Assembly (NCBI GenBank): GCA_964016885.1
Contig: OZ024741.1
Location: forward strand, 24,614,001-24,678,000
Length of the DNA: 64,000 nt
Direction: 5' to 3'
Source of the DNA: Eledone cirrhosa
Taxonomy: Eukaryota
The notes under the pieces were generated by a model that worked only from the letters and a program-made list of their open reading frames with translations, was not told where the DNA came from and made no database searches. The stretch's first letter is position 1. Each line of letters starts with the position of its first letter. Shown here one piece after another: positions 1 to 11,700 of the stretch. Position numbers and translations under genes: made by a program.

Positions 1-153
1 CCTAGGATGATCCCAGTCCCATCAAGCAAGAGCAAAGAAGAAAGGTGTTGTAGTTTTCTTGAAGCACTGTGTAAAGTACAGAAAATAGTATTCTGTTTAA
101 AGGTTACTTCAATGTGAACTTGATGGTAAATGATAAAAATATAACAATATAGG

Positions 154-325
154 CCCTTATATTTCAAGATAAATTCCCTTCATCAAAAGATTAATAGAAG
201 AAATTAGCTTGAAGTTACATATTTATTGTTACTCTTAAGCTGTCCAACAAAAAAATATACAGCTCCAAACTAGTTTCTTCTATTAATCTTTTGAAAAAGA
301 AGATTTTAACCTGAAATATATAAGA
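154..325. repeat. Imperfect inverted repeat with divergent degenerate hammerhead-like motifs
   Basis: Arms about 157-222 and 257-323; minus strand TTGATGA-AGGG-AATTTA-TCTT-GAAA-TA-TA, plus strand TTGAAAA..GAAA-TATA-TA. Confidence 0.45.
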
Positions 326-844
326 AACTATAAATAACAGCATCATTGTTATCATATTTTTAATATTTCCCATTCAATTCTCATTGTGGTAGCCTTCAAA
401 GAAAACACTATTTTCTATAATAATATCAATAAGAATGTCAATGTGATGATGATGATAATAATAATAATATTGATACTAATAAATAATAATGAGTAACAAA
501 AGTGTTAGAACATTTGACTAAATACTTTGTTTCAGTTCTCAGTCCTGAGTTACTATCAACTTGTCCTTTTGGGGTTGTCAAATAAAGTACCAGTCTAGGC
601 CAGTGATTTGGCAGATATGATACCTTGCAATATCTCTTTCAACCAATTGCATACTGAGTTTGCCTGCAACATCACTGGCACCATTGGGTGTCGCTATCCC
701 CCTTGAATAACAGCAATTGAGGGAGAGAATTGCATGCATGGGCAACTGCAGGTCTGCCACAAAAATCCTTGATGAAGCTTGTACCTTGGAGAGGAACCTT
801 CCAGTTGCAGATCCATGGTCTCATAAGACATACTGAAGCCCCTT

Positions 845-1845
845 ATTTAGGCACAAGGCCAACCATTTTGGGGAAGGAGAAAGTCGATTAAATCAACCCT
901 AGCGTTACTGGTATTTTATTTTATCGACCCCGTAAGGATGAAAGGTAAAGCTAACCTTGGCGGGATTAGAACTCAGAACGTAAAGGGACGTAACTCTATG
1001 CCACAAAGTATATTGTCCAACGCTCTACCGATACTGCCAATCCACTGCCCTAATAATAATAATAACAATAACAATGATAATGAATAATGATAATTCTAAA
1101 ACACACACACACAGACATACAGACACACACACTCACGTGCACACAGAGATATAATATTTTGCAGAGTAAGTTATCTGTCTGGTGAAATGACAGCTGATAT
1201 CCCAGTGGTCCAATACCCAGTATCATACAGTTGTTCCTTCATCTCACTGTCATCAACTGCATACCTCAATTGTATGGCCAAATCCCTGAAATAACAACAA
1301 CAACAATATTAGAGGGAGGGGAAAGTCGATTCCAGTGCATTACTGGTACTTTATTTTATCGACCCCGTAAGGATGAAAGGCAAAGTTAACCTCAGTGGCA
1401 TTTGAACCCAGAATATAAAGGGACGTAACACTATGCTACCAATCATGTTCGACGTTCTACCTATACTGCTAATCCACCACCCTATGTTAAAATAATTATT
1501 TCTATATTTGGCACAAGGCCAGTGATTTGTTTTTTGGGGTGGGGTGGTAGTTGATTAAATCGACCCCAGTGCATTACTGGTACTTTATTCTATCAACTCT
1601 GTAAGGATGAAAGGCAAAGCTAACCGTGGTGGGATTTGAACTCAGAACGTAAAGGGATGTAACTATGTGACAAAGCATGGTGTCAGACACTCTACCGATA
1701 CTACCAATCACCCACCCATAAAACAATACAATAATGGTTTCTAATTTAGGCACAAGCCCCATAATTTTGGGGGATGGGGAAAGTTGATGACAACTCCAGA
1801 ACATGATTCTAAATTATTTTATCAATCTCACAAGGATGAAAGGTT
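845..1845 (-). mobile_element. Cluster of four SINE family A copies flanking the last PRMT6 exon
   Basis: Repeated ACTGGTACTTTATTTTATCGACCCCGTAAGGATGAAAGG core at about 907, 1343, 1576 and 1805. Confidence 0.8.
1171..1285 (-). CDS. PRMT6: PRMT6-like exon 13, terminal ([12 protein letters not shown]...SPDR*)
   Basis: tttcag| acceptor, phase 2 fits, R.L.I.L.Y final strand, TAA at 1173-1171. Confidence 0.82.
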
Positions 1846-4800
1846 GGATCTCTCAGTTTCAACAATGTGTATTCTTATCATCATTGTTGTTTTAACGTGT
1901 TTTCCCTGCAAGCAAGGTCTACGTAGATCAAGTCAGTACTTCACAAGGGGCAGTGGCTAGGAATATGTGCATGTGGGGTACATGTGGTGTTGAGAATAGT
2001 GAGTGGTAGTAGAAGGGGGGAGGGGGCGTTGGGGAGGGCAGGCCACATTGTATGTTGCAGGTCGGGTCTTCTTCAGTACCACATAGCACCAGCCCTCACA
2101 GCTTTTAGTCATGTCCTTGATTATATATAGGATTAACAACCAACATACTTAAAGGAAGATACTATCAACATATTTATTCATTTAAAAACAATAGAAACCC
2201 TAGCACCTCATTTCAAGCCCAAGGACTTTTCCAATGGTTAAAGAACCTTCTCAAACTATATTGTGAAGAAACCCCCCCAAAAAACTATTTCCTAGATATA
2301 TACTGTTTACTGTAAACAGTAAAGTTAATATCCAAAGTGTATATGGTATGATAAAATTGTAATTGCTTATTTATATCAGAAGAAGTACCTTCCATATGTT
2401 TCTCTTTTCCCCCCCTTTTAAATCTTGTAACTCCTGAAGGAATTGTAGGGGCGCTGTATTGACATACAGCGTTTTTAGGGCATTTTGAAAACCTGCTGGA
2501 GCCCATCTCCTCCTCAAATCTGAATACAGCAAATTTCATCCAGAGAAGGATAGAGAGAATGAGAAAATGGAAGTGAGAAAGTGATACAGAGGAAGAATTG
2601 ACCCCAGTATTAGACTGGTACTTTTTTTTATCAACCTCGGATGAATGAAAGGCAAAGTTAACCTCGGTGGGATTTGAACTCAGAGAGTAGAAAGCCGAAA
2701 CAAATACCACAAAGCATTCTATCTGATGTTCTAATGACTCCGACAATTTGCCACCTTCCTTAAGTCTAGGATTATGTAATTACGTAAACCTAATTATAAT
2801 ATGGAAAGTACTGAAATACACACCATGTAGTATAGAAATATATACCATGTAGTAAAGTATAGAAATATATACTATGTAGTAAAGTATAGAAATATATACC
2901 ATGTAGTAAAGTATAGAAATATATACCATGTAGTAAAGTATAGAAATATACACCATATAGTAAAATATAGAAATATATACCATGTAGTAAAGTATAGAAA
3001 TACACACCATGTAGTAAAGTATAGAAATACACACCATGTAGTAAAGTATAGAAATATATACCATGTAGTAAAGTATAGAAATATATACCATGTAGTAAAG
3101 TATAGAAATATATACCATGTAGTAAAGTATAGAAATATACACCATGTAGTAAAATATAGGAATATATACCATGTAGTAAAGCACAGAAATATAACTTGCT
3201 GTCTTTGTCTCAATTGCTGTGTATTTATGTATTTATAGTCCATAGATGTAGTTGTCTCATTAAAAAGACATCTGTCCAGCTCCTCCCTGACATAAAACCC
3301 AACAACATCTCATCTAATATCTTTCCTTAATTAGTTGTGCTAGAATTCTTTCTGTCATTTTCATAACTTGGTCCTTTAGTTTTATTCCTCTATAGTTGCT
3401 CCTTTCTAGAGTATCACTTTCTCCCTTATAGCAATTTACGGTTGTACTGCCTTGAACTTTTAACAGGCTGGGAACATTTTATGCATGTATATAATATATA
3501 AACACACACACACACACACAGTACAATATATATAAACACACACTCATATATATATATCAACACACACACAATACAACATAATATATATATAACTGTTGTT
3601 ACCTTGGTTGTCTGCCCTTTTCCAGTTTGATTCGACCTTTGATTGATGTATCCTGTACAGTTTGGAATGGTTCATGGACATACAGTACAACTTGGGACCA
3701 GTGTGTTAGTCTGATAGAGATAAAGGTATTAAGAGATAGAGGTTTGTGGACATATGGTACATTCTGAGAACTGTGTGTTAATAAGGCAGAGATAAAGTAA
3801 TTAAGAAATACAGGTTTATAGATATACAGTACCTTCTTGGAGCAGTGGTGATGTGACAATCAAGAGATACATGTATGTGTGTGAGTCCCGGGTTCAATCG
3901 GGAGTAACCACAGTAAGATACTCAATACATAAGTAGTGTGTAAACATCATGTTTAATATAGAAATGGCTTCTACAGGACTACAACTGTTTCATTCAAAAG
4001 AAAACATCGAGAAATCCTTTTCTGATGATTTCTTTTGAATGAAACAGTTCTAGTCCTGTAGAAGCCATTTTTATATTAAACATGATATATATGTGTGTGT
4101 ATGTGTTAGTTTAACTCTACTACACACTATACTGCTGGAGTTAATATTGAGGACTGTCTCTAGCAAGGTGTATAAAGCTTGGAATATGTAGTGCAGAACA
4201 TCATCTGTTACAAGAGGATATTATGTTGAAGACAACAGGCCAGGAGAACCTCTGCTAGAAATAGGAGCAGAATCTCCCTAAACTCAAATCCGTTTTATTA
4301 ATCATCATCATCATCATTTTTATGTCCGCTTTTCCTTGCTTGTAAGGGTGGGACGGGAACTGATTCTGGCTTGATTTCTACAGCTGGATGCCCTTCCTAA
4401 CACCAACCTCATTTACAGTGAATGCTGGGTGCTTTTTTTGCCGTGGCACCTACACGACTACTTTGCAGTGGAATGATAGGGACCCCAGTCCCTATCATCT
4501 CATTTCTACAGCTGAGTAAACTGGACCAATGTGAAATAAAGTGTCTTGCTCAAGGAAACAACACATCACCCGGTCTGACAATTGAACTCACAACCTTTCG
4601 ATTGCTAGCTCTAACCACTAAGCCACGTGCCTTTATAAAGTACGAAATTGGAGAATGTAGTCCCTGATATAGAAAAAGATAGGATAGTCATAGCTGAACA
4701 ACTGTTGACCATAGATCTGGTCAATCAAGGGTGGCTAGGACCCAAAACCTTCACACTGAAGACAATAGCTCTTGCTAAACTGAAATATCTACATCAAGGT

Positions 4801-5715
4801 ACACATCCAGAGTGATACGAGGTGGAAGATTAGTTGTTGACAGCAGACCTTACATTGATTATAAACTTTATATTGATTATTGGTCTCAGCTGGAATATTT
4901 GATTAGGTTTACTCAATAAGGACAGACCTAGGGTTAAACAACAACATAGATGATAGTTCCTATTAAGTAGGCATGTTCTGTTAAGAGTAAATCAGGTGAT
5001 GGATTACATCTACCACCTAAGGACTCGAAATACAACAAGCAAGAACAAATACCACAAGACATATCATCTGATGCTCTATCAATTCTCCCAACCATCCACT
5101 GTCTTGGACTGGTTCTTCATTTTATGACCTAGAGATGATGAAAGGTAAAGTTAATCACAGCAAGATTTTAGCTCAGCATGCAGAAAGCCAAAATAAATCT
5201 CACAAGGCATTTTGTCATATGCTGAAATAACTCTTAATTTGTTCTGGTTTTAAAACTGAATTAGCAGCTGTTATTTTTCATAACCTGTAGCAACTAAATG
5301 ACAGAAAATTGAACTTAATTTAACTGTAACAATAATGAGTAGAAAAATGTAAAGCAGTCTACTTACTCTGTGAATGGTGATGTAGAAAGTACTATGTTTC
5401 CTGGGAATCCAACATCAAACCACAAACTAAAGCCATGAACACGATTCCAGCCATAACATTTAAACTCAAAATTCTGTTGAATATTTTCTATGTCCTGTAG
5501 CGTCACCTGGTGGATAGCCAGAGAACAAACCTGAATTGGTGAAGCTACGATGTCTTCCATCATCAACTGTTTCAGTTCTACATTTGCTGGAAATAGAGAT
5601 TAAAACAGGATTATATATATATATATATATAAGTTAAGGGCCAAAATACTTGTTTGAGGGGATTTTCTTCTCTGAAGACCTTCTGTTGTCCAGCTCTCCT
5701 GAGAGTTTCTTACCC

Positions 5716-5761
<46 letters not shown>

Positions 5762-8700
5762 ACGCATGTATGTATTTATATACAGGGTGTTTCAAAAAGC
5801 TATATATTTTCAAACAAATGACTTATAATTATGTGGTAACTTGTACAATACATGCCTGAATATAAAGTTTTATTCTTTTTTTTACTACTTTTATAAATTT
5901 TTATAAAGTTATTTACATTTTGAGCATTTGTAAAAATTGCACACACACATATGGTTGGTGTTAGGAAGGGCATTCAGCCATAAAAAACAAACCCAAACCA
6001 GTTCTGTGTGAGCAAAACACGGTCCTCTGATCTGGCTTATCTTACAACAGGACAACTCGTTTAATCCATGCTAACATGGAAAATGGACATTAAATGATGA
6101 TGATGATGATATAATATATATATACATACATACAAATACACACATATATATATATGTGTGTGTGTGTGTAAAGGGTAAAAACCCACTTCAGTCACAAATG
6201 ACCATGGGTTTTGCACCTAGAAAGATCCCCACCAAGACAAAAGTGCGAGTAAGGTTGTTTGTGGAAGACCAACAGTTGCCCATACATACCAGTCTCCTCT
6301 CTCCATGCAACAGATGTTGACCAAGGGAAAGGCAATGACCGATACAGCTTGGCACCAGTGACATCACAACTCATTTCTACAGCTGAGTAAACTGGAGCAA
6401 CATATAATATATTAAACATCTATTTTCCATGCTCGTCTGGGTTAGATGGGTTGTCACATACTGAGGAAAAATTTAGTCAGATGACTACATCCTGCTTGTC
6501 TGAGGGGGTGCTGAAAAGTTCCTGGCCTACAGGGGAGGTAGGGCCGCTGCAATAATTGTGTGAATCTGAGAGGGGAATATGTTGAATAAAACCATAAAAC
6601 TGATCCTCCCGTATTTTATTTTACCCAAAGCCAGGAACTTTTCAGCACCCCCTTGTATGTTCTGTTTTGGGTCTAGTTTCTACAGTTGGATGCCCTTCTT
6701 AACACTAACCATTTTATAGCATGTACTGCGGGCATTTTATCATGACCCTGACACTAGTATGTTACAGAGTGGATGGGTGCTTTTTATCATGGCACCAGCA
6801 CTGATGAGAGTGGGATGTATATAAATGAAAAGTCTATATGGTACTTGCCAAGAGGAGGAGAACAGACATCCCACCATGGGAGAAAAAGTGCTAGATCACT
6901 TGGGCTGGGAGTGACCATGAAGCATGTTGATAGTGTCTGACATATTGTGGGATGTGCCTGGCTTTTCATGTTGGCCTAGTCATGGAGGGTAGATATGAAG
7001 CAAATGGGTGTTGTCTGACATATGGGATTTACATGGGTCTAATTAGTTATTACTGCTACTGCTGCTACTACCACCACTTCCACAACCATTACTATTACTG
7101 GTAGCAGCAGCTGTAGTAATAGTATTATTAGTAGTGGTTGTGTACTCCTATCAGTTGTATCAAAGGCATGTCAACCTCTCCAGAGCATTTGATGGAATGT
7201 GAGAGTGTACATAAGTACACATGACCCTGACCTTTACTTGCTTACTTGTGTTGACATTCACCCTGGATGGGTTGAGCCAGCTTCTCCCCTTGTCCTGATG
7301 GCATCCAGAACCATGGCAGCCCATGCACGACGGTCCCGGGCTAGGTCACTGGAGATTGCGAGCCAGGCACGGTTCCATCGGTGCAGGCCAACCACCTGCG
7401 GACCTGAGAGTTCAGAGAGGTCCTCTTTGATTGTCGCTGCCCACCAATGCGCTTGCGCCAGTTAGGGAGTGGAGGTGGGAGGAGAACATCGCGGATCAGC
7501 TCACCCTCAGGGCGCTGGGCTGCGTGACCAAACCATCTCAAGCGCCGTTGCAGAAGCACTGAAGGAAGGAGTCGAAGATGAAGACAAAGACTGGCGGTAG
7601 GTACTCGATCAACGCGTTCGCAGCGAAGAATGCGGTGGAGATAGTCATTGTCTAAGACCTCCAGCCCACGTTGATCGGCTACCCTCATAGGCCATGTTTC
7701 ACAGCTATAGAGGAGGATAGTGCGGACGACGCCCTTTGGTCGCCGAGGTGATCTCTCTTCTGTGTCACAGACACCGCTGGAGGCGCCCAAAAGCGGATCT
7801 GGCAGCACCTATGCGACGCTTGATTTCGGCTGCGCCCTGTCCCATTGGAACAACTGTTGAGCCCAGGTAAACGAAGGGCTCCTCATTCTCCAGCTCCACG
7901 CCCTCGAGAGATATTGGCTGCCAGGCATCAGGCAAGACCAGTGACGTCATGACTTTCGACTTGGCGGCATTGATTCGTAGACCAACAGCGGCGGCTGCAG
8001 TGTGCACCCTTTCGAGAGCACCTTGTACATCTGTCTCATTAGCTCCCATCAGCACGATGTCATCCGCGTAGGCCAGGTCCGTCACCACGACCCCTCTCCC
8101 GACCTCTACGCCCGGAGCGCTGTGTTGAGAGTGTAGTCAATGGCGTAGTTGAAGAGAGTTGGCGATAGCGCACACCCCTGCCGAACACCGGTCCCAACAT
8201 CGAATGACACCATCTCCTCACCATAGACCCTCACTCGAGCGCGAGTCGACCGGTAGTAGCCTTGTATGAGATGAAGAAGCTTCACTGGGATGCCGTCTGC
8301 TTGCATTATACGCCATAGGACTTCCCGATCTACTGAGTCGAAGGCAGCTGCAAAGTCGATGAAGCAGAGGATGGTAGGCTGTTGATGTGCCCACCGTTGT
8401 TCCAGGACACGCCGGAGAATGAAGATTTGATCAACGCACCCCCTCCCTGGACGGGTACAGACATCACGGATGGCCTGGAACCTCTTCAGCAGAAAAATTG
8501 CGAAGGTCTTGGCAGCAACGTCAATTAAACTGATACCCCTGTAGTTGGAACACAGTTTCCTGTTGCCCTTTTTGAATAAGGGTGGGAGAGTTGCCTTGCT
8601 CCAGTCACCAGCGAACCGCTCCGTCGCCCACACCGTGTTAGTACTGACTCGGTCTGTATTGACCCGACCAACACTTACTAGCAGGGAAAGTAGATGTTAT

Positions 8701-11700
8701 GATGATGATGATAGTCTCTTCATGAACATCACAACATCCCGATACAGTTAACTATAGATTTAGTGAAAGAATATAGAAAACTACTAACCTGAGATGCATT
8801 TCTTGGCAAATGGGATCATACTTTTCATAGCAACTTTGTATCGACTGGCCATGTCTTCCCATAGACCAAGCCTGCAGATAACAAAAACACATATCACATA
8901 CAATACACACACAACGATATCACCACAGTTATCACATATAATATACACGCACATGCAGACATATATATATATATATATAAAATTTGGGACCCCGACGGCT
9001 GAGTTCCAGCCGATCTAACAACTGGATCTGAACTTGCATTTGGATCTAGCCATTGAAATGACCAGAACTCAGCCATCGGGGTCCCAAATTTTTTACATTA
9101 CCCACTCTACTACTCCAAGTATCAAGTACTCTGGTGAGTACTTGATACTGGTTTTTACCGCCTCCATTCTGATATATATATATTGTGATTTCCATTGTTC
9201 ACACTTTGAATTTGCCCGCTAAAAATCGGGGGTTACTTCCCTTGTTGGAAATAACACATGACAGTGAAACACTGAGGTGCTGCCAACAGTAGCAGTTCGG
9301 CGTTGCATTCCACACCGGCTTGAGGCATAGAACGAAATTCCTGTTGATGACGTGAATCCACTGTTCGATCATGGAATACCACAGGCTTACATATTACATA
9401 ACCTGGATGGAGGATTTCGGATTTATAGAAACCTATCGGATGTATTGCAAAATATCGTTTGATTTGTCCTGATTAGTTTTTTCGTTGTTTTTGGTATTGT
9501 GTGGCTAGGTCTGCCTGCCGCAATTTTCAATTTGTCAAGCTGTCTAAACATATGTTATTACTCTAAGGCCTACAACCTTATTGAGTGCTTTGCTGCTCAT
9601 TCCTAATTGTAGGTCGTTAGCTTGGCTACAGCCAAAGCTTCGATTTACTAACCTTCCATTTGTATATATATATATATATATACCCCTGATGTACCCCTTC
9701 CATACACATGCACACGTGTGTATCATGACTCGTGCACTGTTCATTTTACTGATGTTTGTGCATTGCCCTATGTACTGTACATGCACTTTTTTGATGAGTT
9801 GTAGTGCACCTGGGCATTGTACACAATATTCCATTGTTGTTATTATTATTATATCATGACTCATACACTGTTCATTTTCATGACATTTGTACATTATTCT
9901 ATGTACTATACATGCACCTTTGATGAGTTGTAGTGCACCTGAGCACAGTACACAATAATTTCATTATTATTATATATATATATCCCTAATTCTAGCGTAT
10001 TTTCAAAACAAAAAAAAATCAAAATCCTTTCCTTCTTCCTTCTTTCGAAACTCCCGCTTACACTCGACCCCCCCCCCCACCCGCTACTTCGAAGGCATGG
10101 GGCGGTCAAACGCCTAACACACACAACCATCATGACCCCCCCCACTCTCTCTCTCTCTATATATATATATATGATAGGAATTCACTTCGCCAAATTTCAT
10201 TGCTTTGCTGTCTACCCCACGATATTCATGTAACGTAATGTACATATTTTCCTTCATCTCTACCTCCACAAATCCTAATTCCCCATTTCCTAATTCTAAC
10301 GTATTTTCAAAACAATCCATATTTCGTATCAAGTCCAAATAGCCAATCTATCGCTAAAACAATCTACATTTTTTGTATTTATTAATTGTTAAATACGAAA
10401 GTTTTTGGTCGTATTGAACAGAACAAATTTTGTATTTTTGTTAATCGCTTGTTAAATGCATGGACCCCATTCAATCATTACCTTCTATCTAGCTACCCAA
10501 CACCCCTCCCTCCCGCCCCCACGCACCACCATTGCTATTACGTGGACCAATCATAAGCCAGAGCCCCCACGCATCACCAGTATTATTACGCGGACCAATC
10601 AGAAGCCAGAGGCCTATACTATCGCTTGCCTGGTTGCCTTTCGATATATGATGGATGGATGGACTGCGGAATCCTGGAGAGTGGAGGAGAGAGAGAGAAA
10701 AATCTGGACGCTCAGCGACAATGCCAAAGATAAAGACAAATTCACCTCTTGGACGAGAATGCGAGCACTCCTCATTGTTTCGACCGCGGACGGCTAACAT
10801 AACCCCATCGCCCCCCGCCCCCCACCGCCAAACGCAATCCAAAACTTCAGAGTTGGTACCATAAATGTAGGCACCCTAAAGGGTCGCGCTAACGAGGTTG
10901 TAGAAATGCTTGAACGTAAGGAGGTCGATGTTTGTTGTATTCAAGAGACCAGGTGGAGGGGTGGGTCTGCTAGGTTCATTGAGGGTAAAAAACGATGTTA
11001 TAAGCTTTTCTGGGTGGGAAACGACGATGGGCTGGGTGGAGTAGGAATCATGGTAGCAGAAAAGTGGGCAGATAAGATAATAGACGTAAATAGAGTGAAC
11101 GACAGAATAATTAAAATACGACTTGTCCTCAATAGAACTACGGTGACAGTAATATCTGCGTACGCACCCCAATCCGGACTGCCCGGCACTATAAAAGACA
11201 GATTCTATGAGACACTGATGCTAACTACCTCCCAAATATCCGACAGTGACTATATAACTATCGCAGGCGACCTAAATGGTCACGTTGGACAACATTGTGA
11301 CGGCTACGACGAAATCCATGGAGGCTATGGGTTTGGTACTAGAAATGAGGAAGGCTCCAGAATCCTGGAATTCTGTGATGCAAATAACCTAACTATCTGT
11401 AACACTAACTTCAAAAAACGTGACAATCACCTGATCACCTATAGATCCGGGGAACACACAAGCCAGGTAGATTATATCCTTACCAGAAGACGTGACAGAG
11501 TGTCTGTTGTAAACACTAAATCCCTCCCCCATGAAGAATGCACCTCCCAACATAGACTGATAATTAGCGACCTCATAGTCAGGACGAGACGTACTCGACA
11601 GCAGAAGAGGACTATCCTCAGGAGAAAAATATGGAAGCTAAAGGACCCCACAGCCAGGAATAAATTTCAAAGCATATTACTTGATGCTTTCGACAGTAAG

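Noticed and set aside
2780-3243. Tyr-rich ORFs in three frames
   Set aside because: 27-bp minisatellite.
6801-6840. CTGATGA...GAAA string
   Set aside because: The intervening sequence cannot form stem II.
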